From: Carcharhinus amblyrhynchos
Taxonomy: Eukaryota
Direction: 5' to 3'
Length of the DNA stretch: 64,000 nucleotides
Assembly (NCBI GenBank): GCA_965287045.1
Contig: OZ336889.1
Coordinates: 37,324,001-37,388,000, forward strand
Positions 1 to 13,600 of the stretch are shown here, piece by piece (position 1 is the stretch's first letter; each line of letters starts with the position of its first letter). The notes beneath the pieces were generated by a model. It made no database searches. It was not told where the DNA came from and saw only the letters and a list, made by a program, of their open reading frames with translations. A program made the translations under genes and the position numbers.

Positions 1-129
1 AGTTTCAAGCCATCAACAAAAGTGATCCTGATTAATATTTACAGATTAGAACATTGCAGCTTACATTCCATAACGTAGATCTGAGCTTCCTCATTCTCTG
101 AATATTGTTTGATCACCACATACTGATGA

Positions 130-2005
130 ATGTTCCCATGTGTTGGCTGCCCTTGTCCTAGATGCTAGAGGTTGTGACGTTTGAAAAGTTCTGTTGAGGG
201 AGGTTTGGTGAATTGTTGCAGTGCATCTTGTTGATGGTGCACCTTGCTATCGCTGTGTGGAAAGAATGCATGTTTAAGTTGGTAAATAGGATGCCAGTTG
301 ATCAGGCTGTTTTGATGGTGTTGAGCTTCTTGAGTGTTGTTGGTGCTGCGTTTAGAACAGGAAAGTGAGGAGTATTCCGTCACTCTCTTGACTAGTGCCT
401 GTTGATGGTGCCAGGCTTTGGGCAGTCAGAAGTCCCAATATTTAGTTGGCTGATCCAGTTATGTTTTTGGCCTGTGGCTACTCCCAAGGTTTTGCTGGAC
501 GTAATGCCATGATTGTACTGTTGAATGTCAAGGAGACATAGCTAGATTCTCTCTTGGTGGAGATTATCATTCCCTGGCACTTGTGTGGTGCGAATGTTGT
601 TTGCACTTATCAGCCCAAGCTGAACGTTGATCAGGTCTTGCTACATGCATGCAAGGACTATTTTGTTGTCTGAGAAGTTGGGAGTGGTATTGAATGATGC
701 GAAAACATCAGTGAACATCCACCACCTTGTGTTGGAGGAAAGATGGAGCAGCTCGAGATGGTTAGGCCTTGGACACTGCCATGAAAAACTCTCGCAATGA
801 TGTCCTGAGATTGAGATGATGGGCCTCCAATGCCCACAACCCTCTTTCCTTGTACTAACTCTCCAGCCAGTGGAGAGTTTTCACCTTGGCTCCCATTGAT
901 TTTAGTATTGCTAGAGTCCTTTGTCACACTCAGTTAAATGCTGCCTTGATGTCTATGATTCTAAGATATGAAAGGAAGTCATCATTCCTTTTTTTAAATC
1001 TACCAATGCTGTAATGAGGCCAAGAACTGAGTCGTTATGATGGAACCCAAGTTGAGCATCGGTGAGCAGGTTATTGTGGAGTAAATGCCTCTAAGCACTG
1101 TCAATGACATCTTACATTATTTTGTTGATGATTGAGAGTAGACTGATAAGGTGGTAATAGGCTGGATTGAATTGGGCCTACTTTTTGTGGACAAGACAAA
1201 CCTGGGCAACTTTTTGTACTTTCAAATAGATGCTAGTGTTGCAGCTATATAGAAACAGTTTGGCACAGGATGTGGCTAGTTCTGGAGCACATATGTTCAG
1301 CAATTCTGTTGGAAGCCATGGTTTTTGATGTGTCCAGTGCACTCAGCCATTCCTTGATATCACGTAGGAATGAGTTGGACTGACTGAAGAATGGCATTTG
1401 TGATGCTGAGGACCTCGAAGAGGCTGAGATGCATCATTTTGTTGAAGTTTATTACATATGCTTCAGCCTGGTCTTTTGCACTCATATGCTGGTCTTTGCC
1501 ATTGCAGGTTGGAAATGTTCGTTGAGCCATCTCCTCCCATCAGTTATTTTTCTTGTCAATGGCCGTCTGCCACTGGATGTGGCATGATTGCAGAGCTTTG
1601 ATTCGATTCAGTGGTTGGGGAGATGGCTTAGCTCTGTCTATGGTGTACTACCACCGTTTACCTTAATAGCAGTCTTGTGTGGCTTCATTAGGTAGGTACC
1701 TCATTTTCAGGTATGGCTGATGCTGCTCCTGGTTTGCTCTTCTGCTGTCCTCTTGGAACTATGATTGGTCTTTTGGCTTGATGTAATGGTAGAGCGAAGT
1801 GTTCATTTGGTCAAGAGGTTACAGATTCTGGTGGAGTATTACTCTGCTGCTTCTGATGGCTCAAAGCACCTCAGGTGGATCTAACTATTCCATTTAACAC
1901 AATGCTAGTGCCATACAACACAAAGGAGGGTGTCTTCATTATGATAATGGGACTTCATCACCACAGGTGGTGGTCATTCCTATCAATACTGTCAGGAATA
2001 TATGC
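130..2005 (-). mobile_element. Decayed CR1/L2-type LINE (RT region)
   Basis: Reverse complement shows remnants like KA.VKSVTEYSSL and matches the 3' tail copies at 26820-27215; many stops. Confidence 0.75.
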
Positions 2006-2014
2006 ATTTTTTTA

Positions 2015-2340
2015 AAGATTCACTTACGGGATGTGAGCAGCATTGGCGAGGTCAGTCTCCAGTTACCCTTGAAAAGATGATGAAACTGCTGCAAACCTTG
2101 AGGCGTAGGTATACCCACAGTGCTATAAGGGAGAGAACTTCAGAATTTTGACCCAGTGACAGTGAAGGAACGGCAATATATTCCCAAGTCAGGAAAGTGA
2201 ATTAGAGGGAAGCTCCAGGTGGTGGTGTTTCTTGTTCTTCCAGGTAGTAGTTGTTGTGGAAGGTGCTATCCAAGGAACCTTGTAGATAGTACACACTACT
2301 GCCATTCATCCAGGCAAATGGAGATTATTTCATCACTCTC
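2015..2340 (-). mobile_element. 3' end of the same CR1/L2-type LINE family
   Basis: Shared tail (cagtgaaggaacggcaatatattcccaagtcagga), also seen at 6595-6830 and 54725-54935. Confidence 0.7.
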
Positions 2341-2639
2341 CTGTTGTGGAAAGTGAAACAAGAATGTGTTTTTTGCTTGTGGGTTAGGACATATCCAGGG
2401 TTGCTGATGGAGGAGTTAGTTGCATTGGGTTTAAGGTCTCATTCAGTGTGTGCAGCAATGTCAGGTTGTTGTTTGATGATACTGAGACAGTTCTTCCAAC
2501 TTTTGTACAAAGTCACCAGATGTTAGTGAGGAGAAGTTTGCATGAAAGACTGGCTTGGGGGTGTGCTTTTATTCTTTATAATGCCCAGGTTGATGCTGAA
2601 TTTGTCCCTTTGTTTTCATTCTTCTTTTATTTTCCATAG

Positions 2640-2950
2640 CAGTTTTTGGCACAATTGAATGGCTTGCTGGGCCATTTCAGAGGCCAGTTAAGACTCAACC
2701 AAAGCTGAGTATGTGGAGTCGCATGTTGATTGGGCACGTAAGGACAGCAGAGTTCCTTCCCCAAAGAACATTAGTGAACCAGTTGGATTTTTAATTGCTA
2801 GTTGTATTGTCACCATTACTGAGACTTAAAAAAAAATTTCCAGGTTTATTTAATCAATTGAATTTAAATTCTCCCAGCAGCTGTGATGGTAATTAAACTC
2901 TGACCTCCAGAACATTAACCCAGGCCTCTGGGTTGTTCATCCAGCAACAC
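2640..2950 (-). mobile_element. tRNA-derived SINE sharing a LINE 3' tail
   Basis: Homologous to copies at 7255-7575 (+), 30790-31125 (-) and 54175-54505 (-). Confidence 0.65.
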
Positions 2951-3364
2951 CATGGCCGGATTCTCCAACCTTGTCCATGGTTGAGACTCTCCAGTCCTGC
3001 TGCTGTGTGTAGAGACTTGGCTGAGTGCCAAATTCTCGCTTCTCACTGACAGCAGTGGCGGCGTACATAACATTGTAGAATTCCGTCCTATTACCATGAT
3101 TGTACGTGTGTACAAGCATACAGAAGTCTATGATTATGTTGCTGGACAAGTAATCCAGTGACCTGCAGTGATCCAGACAATGTTATTTCAAATTCCACCA
3201 TGGCATTTTAATTTAGTATTTAAAATCTGAAAATAAAAGTGAATGTGGAGTTATTGGATTTTTTTAAAAACAAAATTTAATTGGTAACTGCAGTCCTGTG
3301 TCAGTGTGGCTGACCCTAAATGGCCTTCTGAAGTTGGCTTCCCAGCTACTCCTTCGTATCCATC

Positions 3365-4375
3365 TAACAGGAGAGTTGTTTTTGTGATTGGAAGCCCGTG
3401 ACCAGCAGTGTATCACAGGGATCAGCGTTGGGATCCTTGCTGTTTGTTATATACATTAATGACTTGGATGTGAATGTGGAAGTGTGATTAAGTTTGCAGA
3501 TGAGATGAAAATTGGTGATGTTATTAGTGCAAAGGATAGACTTGATATTGATCAACTGGTTAATTGGATAGAGCAATGGCAGATGGAATTTAATCCTGTT
3601 AAGTGTGACGTCATGCATTTGGGAGTTCTAATGAGGGTAGGATATATGCAGTGAACTATAGGTCCCTCTGGAGTATTGAGGAACAAAGGGACCTTGGTGT
3701 ACAGGTCCACAGATCCCTGGAGGCGGCACCACAGATAGATAGGGTGATGAAGAAGACATATGGAATGCTTGCCTTCATTAACCCAGGCATAGATATAGCA
3801 GCAGGGAAGTCTTGATGCAACTTTATAAAACATTGGTTAGGCCACAGCTCGAGTATTGTGTGCAGTTTGGGTTGCCACACTATTGAAAGAGCGTGATTGC
3901 CTTGGAGAGGATGCAAAGGAGATTCGTCAGGATGTTGGCTGGGATGGAAAGTTTCAGCTATGAGCAGAGACTGGATAGGCTAGGTTTGCTTTCTCTGGAG
4001 CACAGGAGGTGCGGGGTGGGGGGAGGGCAGAATCTGTTAGAGACGTACAAAATTTTGAGAGGTATAGATAGGATAGATCATAAGAATCTTTTCCTCATGG
4101 CAAAGGTATCTAAGACCAGAGGGCATAAGTTTAAGGTGAAGAGTAAGTGGTTTTGAGGGGATCTGAAAAACATTTTCACCCAGAGGATGGTGGAAATATG
4201 GAATGCGCCATCTGAGATTATGGTGGAGGCAGGTACTCTCTCAATATTTAAGAAGTATCTGGATGCGCACTTAAATTTGCCAAGGCACAGTAGTCTGTGA
4301 ACCAGGTGCTGATAAATGGGATTAGTGTAAAGTGGTATTTGAAGGGTCTGTTTCTGTGATGTATGACTGACTCTG
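3365..4375 (+). mobile_element. CR1 LINE 3' fragment (RT C-terminus)
   Basis: [21 protein letters not shown]-like motif; ORF 3893..4156 LERMQRRFVRML...LGLLSLE...TRGHKFK. Confidence 0.9.
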
Positions 4376-4633
4376 ACAGAATGGCCATAAATGCCAGTCT
4401 TGCCAGCATCACTTGCACATCAAGAATGAATAGGAAAATAAATATTTGTAAATACTTTAGAGGTTTGAACATTAGCTACATGGATTTGTAAAGGAATGTG
4501 CTTACCAAATATCCAGTAATAAACTGGTAATATTAAGTTAACTTAGAAAAGGCTGAAGTACTGTATTTTGTGCAATGCATAAATTTGGTTTTCATTAAAA
4601 CTAAAATCTTTCTTTATTAATCTTGATTCATAG

Positions 4634-4689
4634 GATGTACCAGGAAAAATTAACTTCACTTAAGAGGCAGCTACAGCAGTTGCAGGAAG
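4634..4689 (+). CDS. SUDS3: SUDS3 exon (56 nt) [18 protein letters not shown]
   Basis: TAG acceptor at 4631-4633, GTGAGT donor at 4690. Confidence 0.95.
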
Positions 4690-7600
4690 GTGAGTACCCC
4701 TTTTTCTTGCACTTTGGCAAATGAAGTGCATGCACTGGGCAGTTGTGAATTATGGAAAATAAGCTATTTAGTAACTAGAAACTTTGAAAGTCTGTTACAC
4801 TGATAATTTTAGTCATGATTTAGTTTTCATAATGTTCCACTGGTTCAGTCCTCCGTCAAAAGGTTATGTGTTTAGTCCCATTCTAGAGACTGAATGCTGA
4901 CATGAGACGTTAAAGCAAGCTGAAACATAGTTTTAACAATTACTCACAATATTCTGAAGCCATCTTTCGAATAAGATATGATATCGAGAACCCAGGTGGA
5001 CTCAGATGAATCCATTATACTGTTTGAAGAAAAGCTAGGGAGCTCTCCCCGGGCCAGTATTTATCGCTTAATCAACATTAGATTAGACAATTTAGCTATT
5101 ATCTCATTGTTGTTTGTGCAAATTTCTGTACACCAGTACATGACAGTGGTGATTACATTTCACCTGTAATTCTTTGCTGTAAAGTACTTTTAATATCCCA
5201 AGTTGTGAGAAGTGCTTATTAAACGCCCATTCTTTATTCAATCATTTGGTCCCTACACTTGTCAAAAATCATTAAGATAAAATTGGAATGGATATTAGTA
5301 AGGTAAAAGAAGAGTGGGAAGAATAACAGGAGGCAATAGTAAGAATGGACAAAGCTAAATACATAGAAAAAATAATTGAAATAAACACAAAGTGATGGAA
5401 AAACTCAGGTCTGACAGCATCTGTGGAGACAGTTAGTTTTTTATGCCCTTGTGAAGAGAGGTCAAATATGATGGGTTTTGTACAGTTGAAGAGAGAGGTG
5501 CAGCAAACTGGCATGTTAGGGATAGTTAGGGGCTCAGAGAATTTTGACAAGAGTCAGCACTCTCTGAAAGCAAAACAGAAGAACAAGTTACAGACTGACC
5601 CTTGTGCAAGGAGGGAGGTTGGGGAAAAAAAATCAGAATAGAGGGCAGAATTCATGGTCTGAAGCTGTTGAATTCAGAAGTTCATAATGCTATAAGGTAC
5701 CTAATCAAAAGATGAGGTGATGTTCCTCCAGCTTGTTGAAATTCACTGGACAGTAGTAGCAGGCCAAGGGTAGAAAAGTGAGCATGAGAGCATGGTGGTG
5801 AATTGAAGTGGCAAGTGACAGGACAGGAAAGGGCATGTTTGGGACCTGCACAAAGGTATTCCGCAAAAGCAGTCACCCAGTGTGCTAAGCCTCCATAATG
5901 TACAGGAGAGACTACATTGTGAGCAGTGAATACAGTAGAACAAATTGAAGGGGGTGCAACTGAATCACTGCTTCACCTGAAAGGAGTGTTTGGGGCCTTG
6001 GACAGTGAGGAGGGAGGAGGTAAATGGAAAGATGTTACACCAATCGCTGGTAGAGTGGTGAGCACTGCTGCCTCAGTGCCAGGGACTCTGGTTCAATCCT
6101 GGCCTTGAGTGGCTGTCTGTGGAGTTTGCACATTCTCGCCATGTCTGTATATGTTCCTCTGGGTGCTCTAGTTTCCTCCCACTGTCCAAAAACATGCAAG
6201 TGAGTTGGACTGGCCAGGCTAAATTGTCCCTTAGTGTCCAAAAATGTAGAGGTTAGATGGATTAGCCATGTAAATGTATGGGGTTAGGACAGGATAAGAT
6301 ACTCTGTCAGAGAGTCGATGCATGCTCGATATCTGAATGGCCTCCTGCACTGTAGGGCTTCTATGGAAATAATGTCTGATATTCTCCACAACCTGCAATA
6401 ATGGTGTATAAAACAAAAAGCCAGAGAGAAAACCCAAGGACAATCAGGAAAAAAAACTGGGAAATCCCACTGACTCGACGTGGTTTTCATTTCTGTTTTG
6501 GTGAATTTCCTGTGTAGAAAGTAGCTGGCATGTTGCGAACTCAACAACAGCGACTGAACATTTTTTCAGTGAAGTGCCTTTTTTAAAATTAATTTTTTAT
6601 GGGATGTGGGCGTCACTGGCTAGACTGACATTTATTGCCAATCCCTAATTGTCCTTGGGAAGGTGGTAGTGAGCTGCTTTTTTGAACTGTTGCAGCCCTG
6701 TGGTGTAAGTACACCCACAGTGCTGATAGTTCCAAGATCATGACCAGCGACAGTGAAGGAACGGCAATATGGTTAGGATGGAGAGAGACTTGGAAAGGAA
6801 CTTCCAGGTGGTGGTGTTTCTTTGTCACCGCCTGAGAAATGTAAATGCCAATTCATCTTTGCATGCCAGTAATGTGACTTGCGTCATCCAGTGTCTGAAA
6901 TGCTTCATATCTGATGGGCAGAGAAGCAGAGCATAACCGTCCAACATTCACAGGCAGCACTGGATCTTTAAATAAACAGGAGTTGCAAAACTGGTTGCAT
7001 TTCTATAGTGGGATATTTTATTCAAAGTTCAGTCCAAAATTCAAACTGATGTCCATAGTATATAAAATGGGTTGAACTGCGTTGCAAGGAAATGGTCCAT
7101 TTCAGGTTATGCCAGAATGATTTGTTAGTTATATGAACTGCGTGATTCTAATCCTATGTTACCGTTCTATGTTTATATTGAATTTTCCTCCAAGTTACTT
7201 CTTATGTTGCAAGCATTGGTGATAACGCTTAAAGCAGTTGACATTATGGGGCAGATGGTGGCACAATGATAATGTCACTGAACTAGAAATCCAGGAGTCC
7301 AGGCTAATGCTGTGGTGGTGTGGGTCCAAACCCCATCATGGCAGTTGGTGCAATTTAAATTTAGTTAATAAATCTTAAATTAAAAGCTAGTCTCCATAAT
7401 GGAGACCATGACAACTATCATTGATTCTGATCATAATCCATCTGCAGAAAATCTGCCATCCAATGTGGTTGATTCCCTCTGAAATAGCTTTGCAAGCCAT
7501 TCAGTTCAAGGTCAATTAGGGCCACAGATGCTGGTCTTACCAGTGATGCCCACATCCTATGAAATAATGAAAAAAAAAACACATGGAACGTAAGAACTAG

Positions 7601-10600
7601 GAGCAGGAGTAGGCCATCTGGCCCCTCGAGACTGCTTTGCCGTTCAGTAAGATCATGGCTGATCTTTTTGTGGACTCAGCGCCACTTACCCGCCCGCTCA
7701 CCATTATCCTTAGTTCCTTTACTGTTCAAAAGTTTTTATTCCTTGCCTTGCAACTTTCAATGAGGTAGCCTCAACTGCTTCACTGGGCAGGGAATTCCAC
7801 AGATTCACAACCCTTTGTGTGAAGAGGTTCCTCCTCAACTCAGTTCTAAATCTGCTTCCCCTTTTTTTGAGGCTATGCCCCTGAGTTCTAGTTTCATTCG
7901 CCAGTTGAAACAACTTCCCTGTTTCTACCTTATCTACTCCCTTCATGATCATATATGTTTCTATAAGATCTGCCCTCATTCTTCTGAATTCCACTGAGTA
8001 TAGCCCCAGTCTATTCAGTCTCTCCTCATAATCCACCCCTCAACTCCGGAATCAACCTAGTGAATCTTCTCTGCATCCCCTCCAGTGCTAGTATATCCTT
8101 TCTCAGGAGCCCAAAACTACACATAGGCCTCATCAGCATCTGTGTAGTTGCAACGTAATCTTGCTGTTTTTAAACTCCATCTCTCTAGCAATGAAGGACA
8201 AAATTCCATTTACTTTCTTAATTACTTGCTGCACCTGCAACCAGCTCCTTGAGCTAAGAAACCAGAATTTGCTGAAGTGATGAATTACAAAAGAATGCTG
8301 CATGTGATATATTAAAATATAAATGAATTCTTGATTGTAGCTATTTCTATCATGTGGTAATATAGGTACATTGCAGGAATATCAGAAACGGATGAAGAAA
8401 CTAGATCAGCAATACAAAGAAAGAATAAGAAATGCAGGTTAGTTCTTGAATTGCTTTTACCTTAAGGTGACAATGTTTGTTTCAACAATTTTCTCTCCTG
8501 TAGTTCCCAATTGTTGATGTGGTTATAGTTCCACAATTACTGACAGCCCTTACTGAGTGGTCATCAGGGTATCACAGCTGAGCATGATGCTGTCATAGCT
8601 CAATGTCCAGACTGGCACATATACTTTTCCTGTCTTGAGGTTTAAATTTATACTTTGTATTGACAGAAACTGCTTGTAAGCGGTTCATAATCTCACAGTA
8701 TTCCTCAAAGAAAAGGCATTAGCTCAAAGATGAGACCTATTATGCATTCTTAACATATTTTTAATAAAATCTCATCAACAAATGGAAAAGCATGTCGACG
8801 ATAGTTTACTTATTGGTTGGACTTGACCTTGCACATCTAGGTTTTAAATTTGAAGTGGGAAGTTGCTGAGAGTGCAAGCTGACAATGGCACAGTGAGGGC
8901 AAGTGGGTGTCTGGGGCGTAAACGAATAAGGCAAACATCCTTTTAACCATTCAGATTGAAGGCTTGTGAATTAAACAAGGATTGAGAAGGAAGTCTAAAT
9001 GAGATTGAGCATCAAATCAGAAACCAGTTTTTTTTCTTTCTGGAAAACATAGATAAAGGAGGCAGAAAGGAAAGTAAAATACTTTAAGATCTGCAACTAT
9101 AATTAAATTGAAGAAATGAGAGTCCGCCTGTTCCAGATATTCTATTGCAAAATAGTAATTAACACCTAGCACCAAATGGACAAGAGTTAACTTTGTGTGG
9201 CTGTATTAAGTAGTAAACATAAGTACAAGCCATTCGGTGCATTTCAGTAATGAAGCAGAGAGTGAGATTCCTCTTATACAAATCTAACAGAACAGTGCAA
9301 ATCCAACAGAAACGTTTTGGTTTTCTGCCTTTAACTACAAAATTGGCTTGATGACAGGAGCCAGAGGTGGTTGTAGAGGGCTGTTTTTCAAACTGGAGGC
9401 CTGGGACCAGCGGTGTGCCTCAGGGATCAATGCTGGGTACACTGTTGTTTGTCATTTATATTAATGATCTGGATGAGAATATAGGACTGATGTGGAGATG
9501 CCGGCGTTTGACTTGGGTAACCCCCATGACTTGCCTGAACTTGCAACATCTCACTGTCCTGTCTGGAGACAATACACATCTCTTTAACCCATGCCTAATG
9601 CTATCTCCACTCACATTATCTGCATCTTTAAGACTTGAATAGTAGGTTAGCTGTAAAGACTCACATTCTAATAAGTATTCTGTAAACTGTGTGTGCCTTT
9701 ATATGCCCTTTTCTGATCAAACTTTCCACACACCTGACGAACAAACTGATTGGACTTTAACCTGGTGTTGTGAGACTTCTTACTGAGAATATAGGATGCA
9801 TGGCTAGTAAGCTTGCAGATGACACCAAGATTGGCATAGTGGACGGTGGAGAAGGTTTTCTCGGATTGCAACGAGATCTTGATCAATTGGGTCAGTGGGC
9901 TGATGAATGGCAGATGAAGTTTAATTTGGATAAATGTGAAGTGATGCATTTTGGTAGACTGAACCAGGGCAGGAGTTACTCAGTTAATGGTAGGGCACTG
10001 GGGAGAGTTACAGAACAAAGAGATCTAGGGGTTGAGGTTCATAGCTCCTTGAAAGTGGAGTCACAGTGGACAAAGTGATGAAGAAGGCATTCAGCATGCT
10101 TGGTTTCATTGGTCAGAACATTGAATGCAGGAGTTGGGGCATCTTGTTGAAGTTGTACAAGTCATTGGTAAGGCCACACTTGGAATACTGTGTACAGTTC
10201 TGATCACCCTATTATAGAAAGGATATTATTAAACTAGAAAGCGTGCAGAAGAGTACTAGGATACTACGGGGACCTGATAGTTTGAGATAGCTGGACTTTT
10301 TTCTCTGCAGCGTAGAAGGTTGAGGCGTGGTCTTATAGAGGTCTATAAAATAATGAGGGACATAGATCAGCTAGATAGTCAATATCTTCTCCCATAAGTC
10401 TAAGACTAGAGGACATAGTTTTAAGGGGAGAGATACAAAAGTATCCAGAGGGGAAATTTTTTTCATAGAGGGTGGAGAGTGGCTGGAACAAGCTGCCAGA
10501 GGTAGTAATAGAGATGGGAACAATCTTGTCTTTTAAAAAGCATTTAGACAGTTACATGGATAAGGTGGGTATAGAGGGATATGGGCCAAATGTGGGCAAT

Positions 10601-13600
10601 TGAGACTAGCTTAGGGGTTTTAAAACAAAAAGGGCGGCATGGACAAGTTGGGCTGTAGAGCCTGTTTCCACGCTGTAAACCTCAATGATTCTATGAACTG
10701 TGCATTTGCTGTTCACCTGGAATAGCTGTAACAATTCTGCAACTACCTCTGTTATCTCAATGGCAAATTATGGTCCAGTTTATTTTGGATCTGTTGTCTC
10801 CAAAGTTAGGAAGTATTAAACTTTCACATTTAGACATGTCAACTGATAACTGAAATGCAATGCATATAATGAATCCTATTTTTCCCTTTTTCCCAGAGCT
10901 TTTTCTGCAACTGGAGGTGAGTTTTTTTTTAATATTTACTCAACTGATTTCCCTTAAAACATAACGATAATTGAATAAAATATGAGTACATTAAGATTGT
11001 CCTTTTGATTGATGTCATATGTTCTGTTTGGAAGGACCTAAAATATAGTACAACTTTTTGGATTATAAGTTTGACTTTTTTGGAAAGAGGGCTTAGTTGT
11101 TGAGTTCTGAATGAAGATTTTTGATCTCTGCTGGGAGAAAAAGAACATGTATTAAACTTTGGTTGACCACCTGGAAATAAACAAAGAGTATTGCGGGAGC
11201 TCTGGTAACAGACTACTTACAACTTTAGTGGCAACGGCAATTGGCATAGCAGGATTTTAAAATATTGAGTATGTGTTTAAAAATTGTGGGTAAATGCTGT
11301 TCAAAATGGGGTGTTACAAGCTTAAAGCAATCCAACAAATAGATATGGCACGGTGGCACAGTGACTACCACTGCTGCTTCACACAACACCAGGGACCTGG
11401 GTTCCTGAATTGGGTTACTGTTGGTGCTGAGTCTTCATGTTCTCCCCGTGTCTGCATGGGTTTCCTCCCATAGTACGAATGACGTGCTGGTTAGGTGCAT
11501 TGGCCATGCTAAATTCTCCCTCATTGTACCCGCACAGGTGTCGGAGTGCGGCAACTAGGGGATTTTCACAGGTAACTTCATTGCAGTGTTAATATAAGCC
11601 TTTGGTGATCCTAACAAATAAAAAAAGGGAAGGATGAGTTCCAAACTAATCACATGACTCCAGATGTGAATGTAAGCCTTTGGTGACCCTAATAAATAAA
11701 AAAAGGGGAAAGATGAGTTCCAAACTAATCACATGACTCATGTGAAAGATGGGACTTCCTAAGGAAAATGTTGTCTGGTGGATCCAGTATAGTATTGGGA
11801 TATGGCTGCAGCAGGTCATTAGTACAAGGAAAATGATAAAAGATGAATATACTTGAATTATCAATTTGTTTAACTAAAGTATTTTGAATCTGTGATATAT
11901 ATGGATTGTGGATAGATACTTGCGAATCTGCTTCCATATCTCTGTTAGTGTTAGGAAAATGTTAGCTGTTATGTAGTTCCCTCAATTCAAACTTGCAGGT
12001 AGTGATGCAATATAATCTGACAAGGTCATTTTAGTTTAAGTTATTGCTGAGATACTTGTATTATTTTAAACAGTTTAGAGTCTTTTTATTTCCTGCAACT
12101 TATAAAATCATCTTTTAAAGAAAGAACATATGCATTATAGTCACACTAGACCACAGGCATTGCTAGATTTTAAAAATAAATGAAGGCAAGATCTAGATGT
12201 TGATGTCTATCGCAAAGGTTTTAATCTCTTTCAGAAACCAGTTCTACAAGATGGTTGTAAAATGGTTGACATTAATTTTGCTGTAACTTGGCCCTTACAC
12301 CATCGTTCAAATTGGCTTCTGTTTTCTGATTTGAAAAAGGAAATGCAGCAATGGCAAATAATTATTAACACAATAGCAGAATTATTATAGTGCAGAAGGT
12401 GATCATTTGCCCACTAGCCCTCTGAATGAGCAATCCATTTGGCTTCATTTGCTGCCTTCTCTCCATAATGCTGCATGCTCTTCCTTTTGAGATAATAATC
12501 CAATTCCCTTTGAATATTTTGATTGAATCTGCCTCCACTACACTCAGGCAGTGCATTCTAGATCATAACCACTTGCTGTGTGAAAAGGTTTTTCTTCATG
12601 TCACCATTGTTGCTTTTACTAATTATCTTAAATCTGTGCCCTTTCTTTCTCAATCCTTTTATGAGTGGGAACAGTTTCTTGATGTCTATTCTGTCCAGAC
12701 CCTTCATGTTTTTGAATAGCGCTAACTGATCTCCTCTCAGCCTCCTCTATTCCCAAGTAAACAGTCCCAACTTCTCCAGTTGATCTTTGTAACTGAAGTT
12801 CCTTGTACTTTTGACAATTAATGTGAATCTTTGCTGTAGTCTCTCTGATACCTTCACATCTTTCCAAAAGTGCATTGCCCAGAATCAGTCTCTTTACACA
12901 GGTTCAACGTAACCTTGCTCCTTTACCCTCTGTCCCTTCTCTGCGTTGAACTTCACCTGCCATTGTCTTTCATTACATCAACTTGCCTGTGTCTTTTTGA
13001 AGTTCCATGCTATTCTTCTCACAGTTCACAATTCTTCCAAGTTTCAAGTCATCCATAAATTTTTAAAGTATGCCCTGTCCACCAAGGTCTACATCAATAT
13101 ATGTCAGGAAGGGCAAGGGTCCCAATACTGACCCCTGGCTTACTGACCCTCCTCCAATCTAAAAAAAAATGTATTAGCATAAATCTTCCTTTCTTGCAAT
13201 TCAGCCAGCTGCTGCGCCTTTTATTCCATGACCTATTACTTTGCTCACAAGTCTGTTGTGCGGCACTGTGCAAGTGATTTTTGGAAGCCCACGTACATAA
13301 CATCAACAGTATTACCTCCATCAGCCCTCTCTGTTACCTTGTCAAAAAAATGCCAATGAGTTAGTTAAACATAATTTTGTCATAACAAATTTTGCTAGCA
13401 TTCCTAAATCTATTGCATTTGTGCAGCTGACTATTAGTTTTGTCCTGAATTATTGTTTCTGGAAGTTTTCTCACCACTGAAGTTAAACTGTTTAGCCTGT
13501 GGTTGCTTGGTTTATATTTGCATCCTTTTTTGAACAAGAGTGCACATTAATAATTCTCCAGTCCTTTGGCATCACCCCTTTATTCTAAGGAAAGCTGGAA

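Noticed and set aside
1-4600. Upstream SUDS3 exons (acidic N-terminus)
   Set aside because: Not found; the region is almost all LINE/SINE, so these exons lie outside the window
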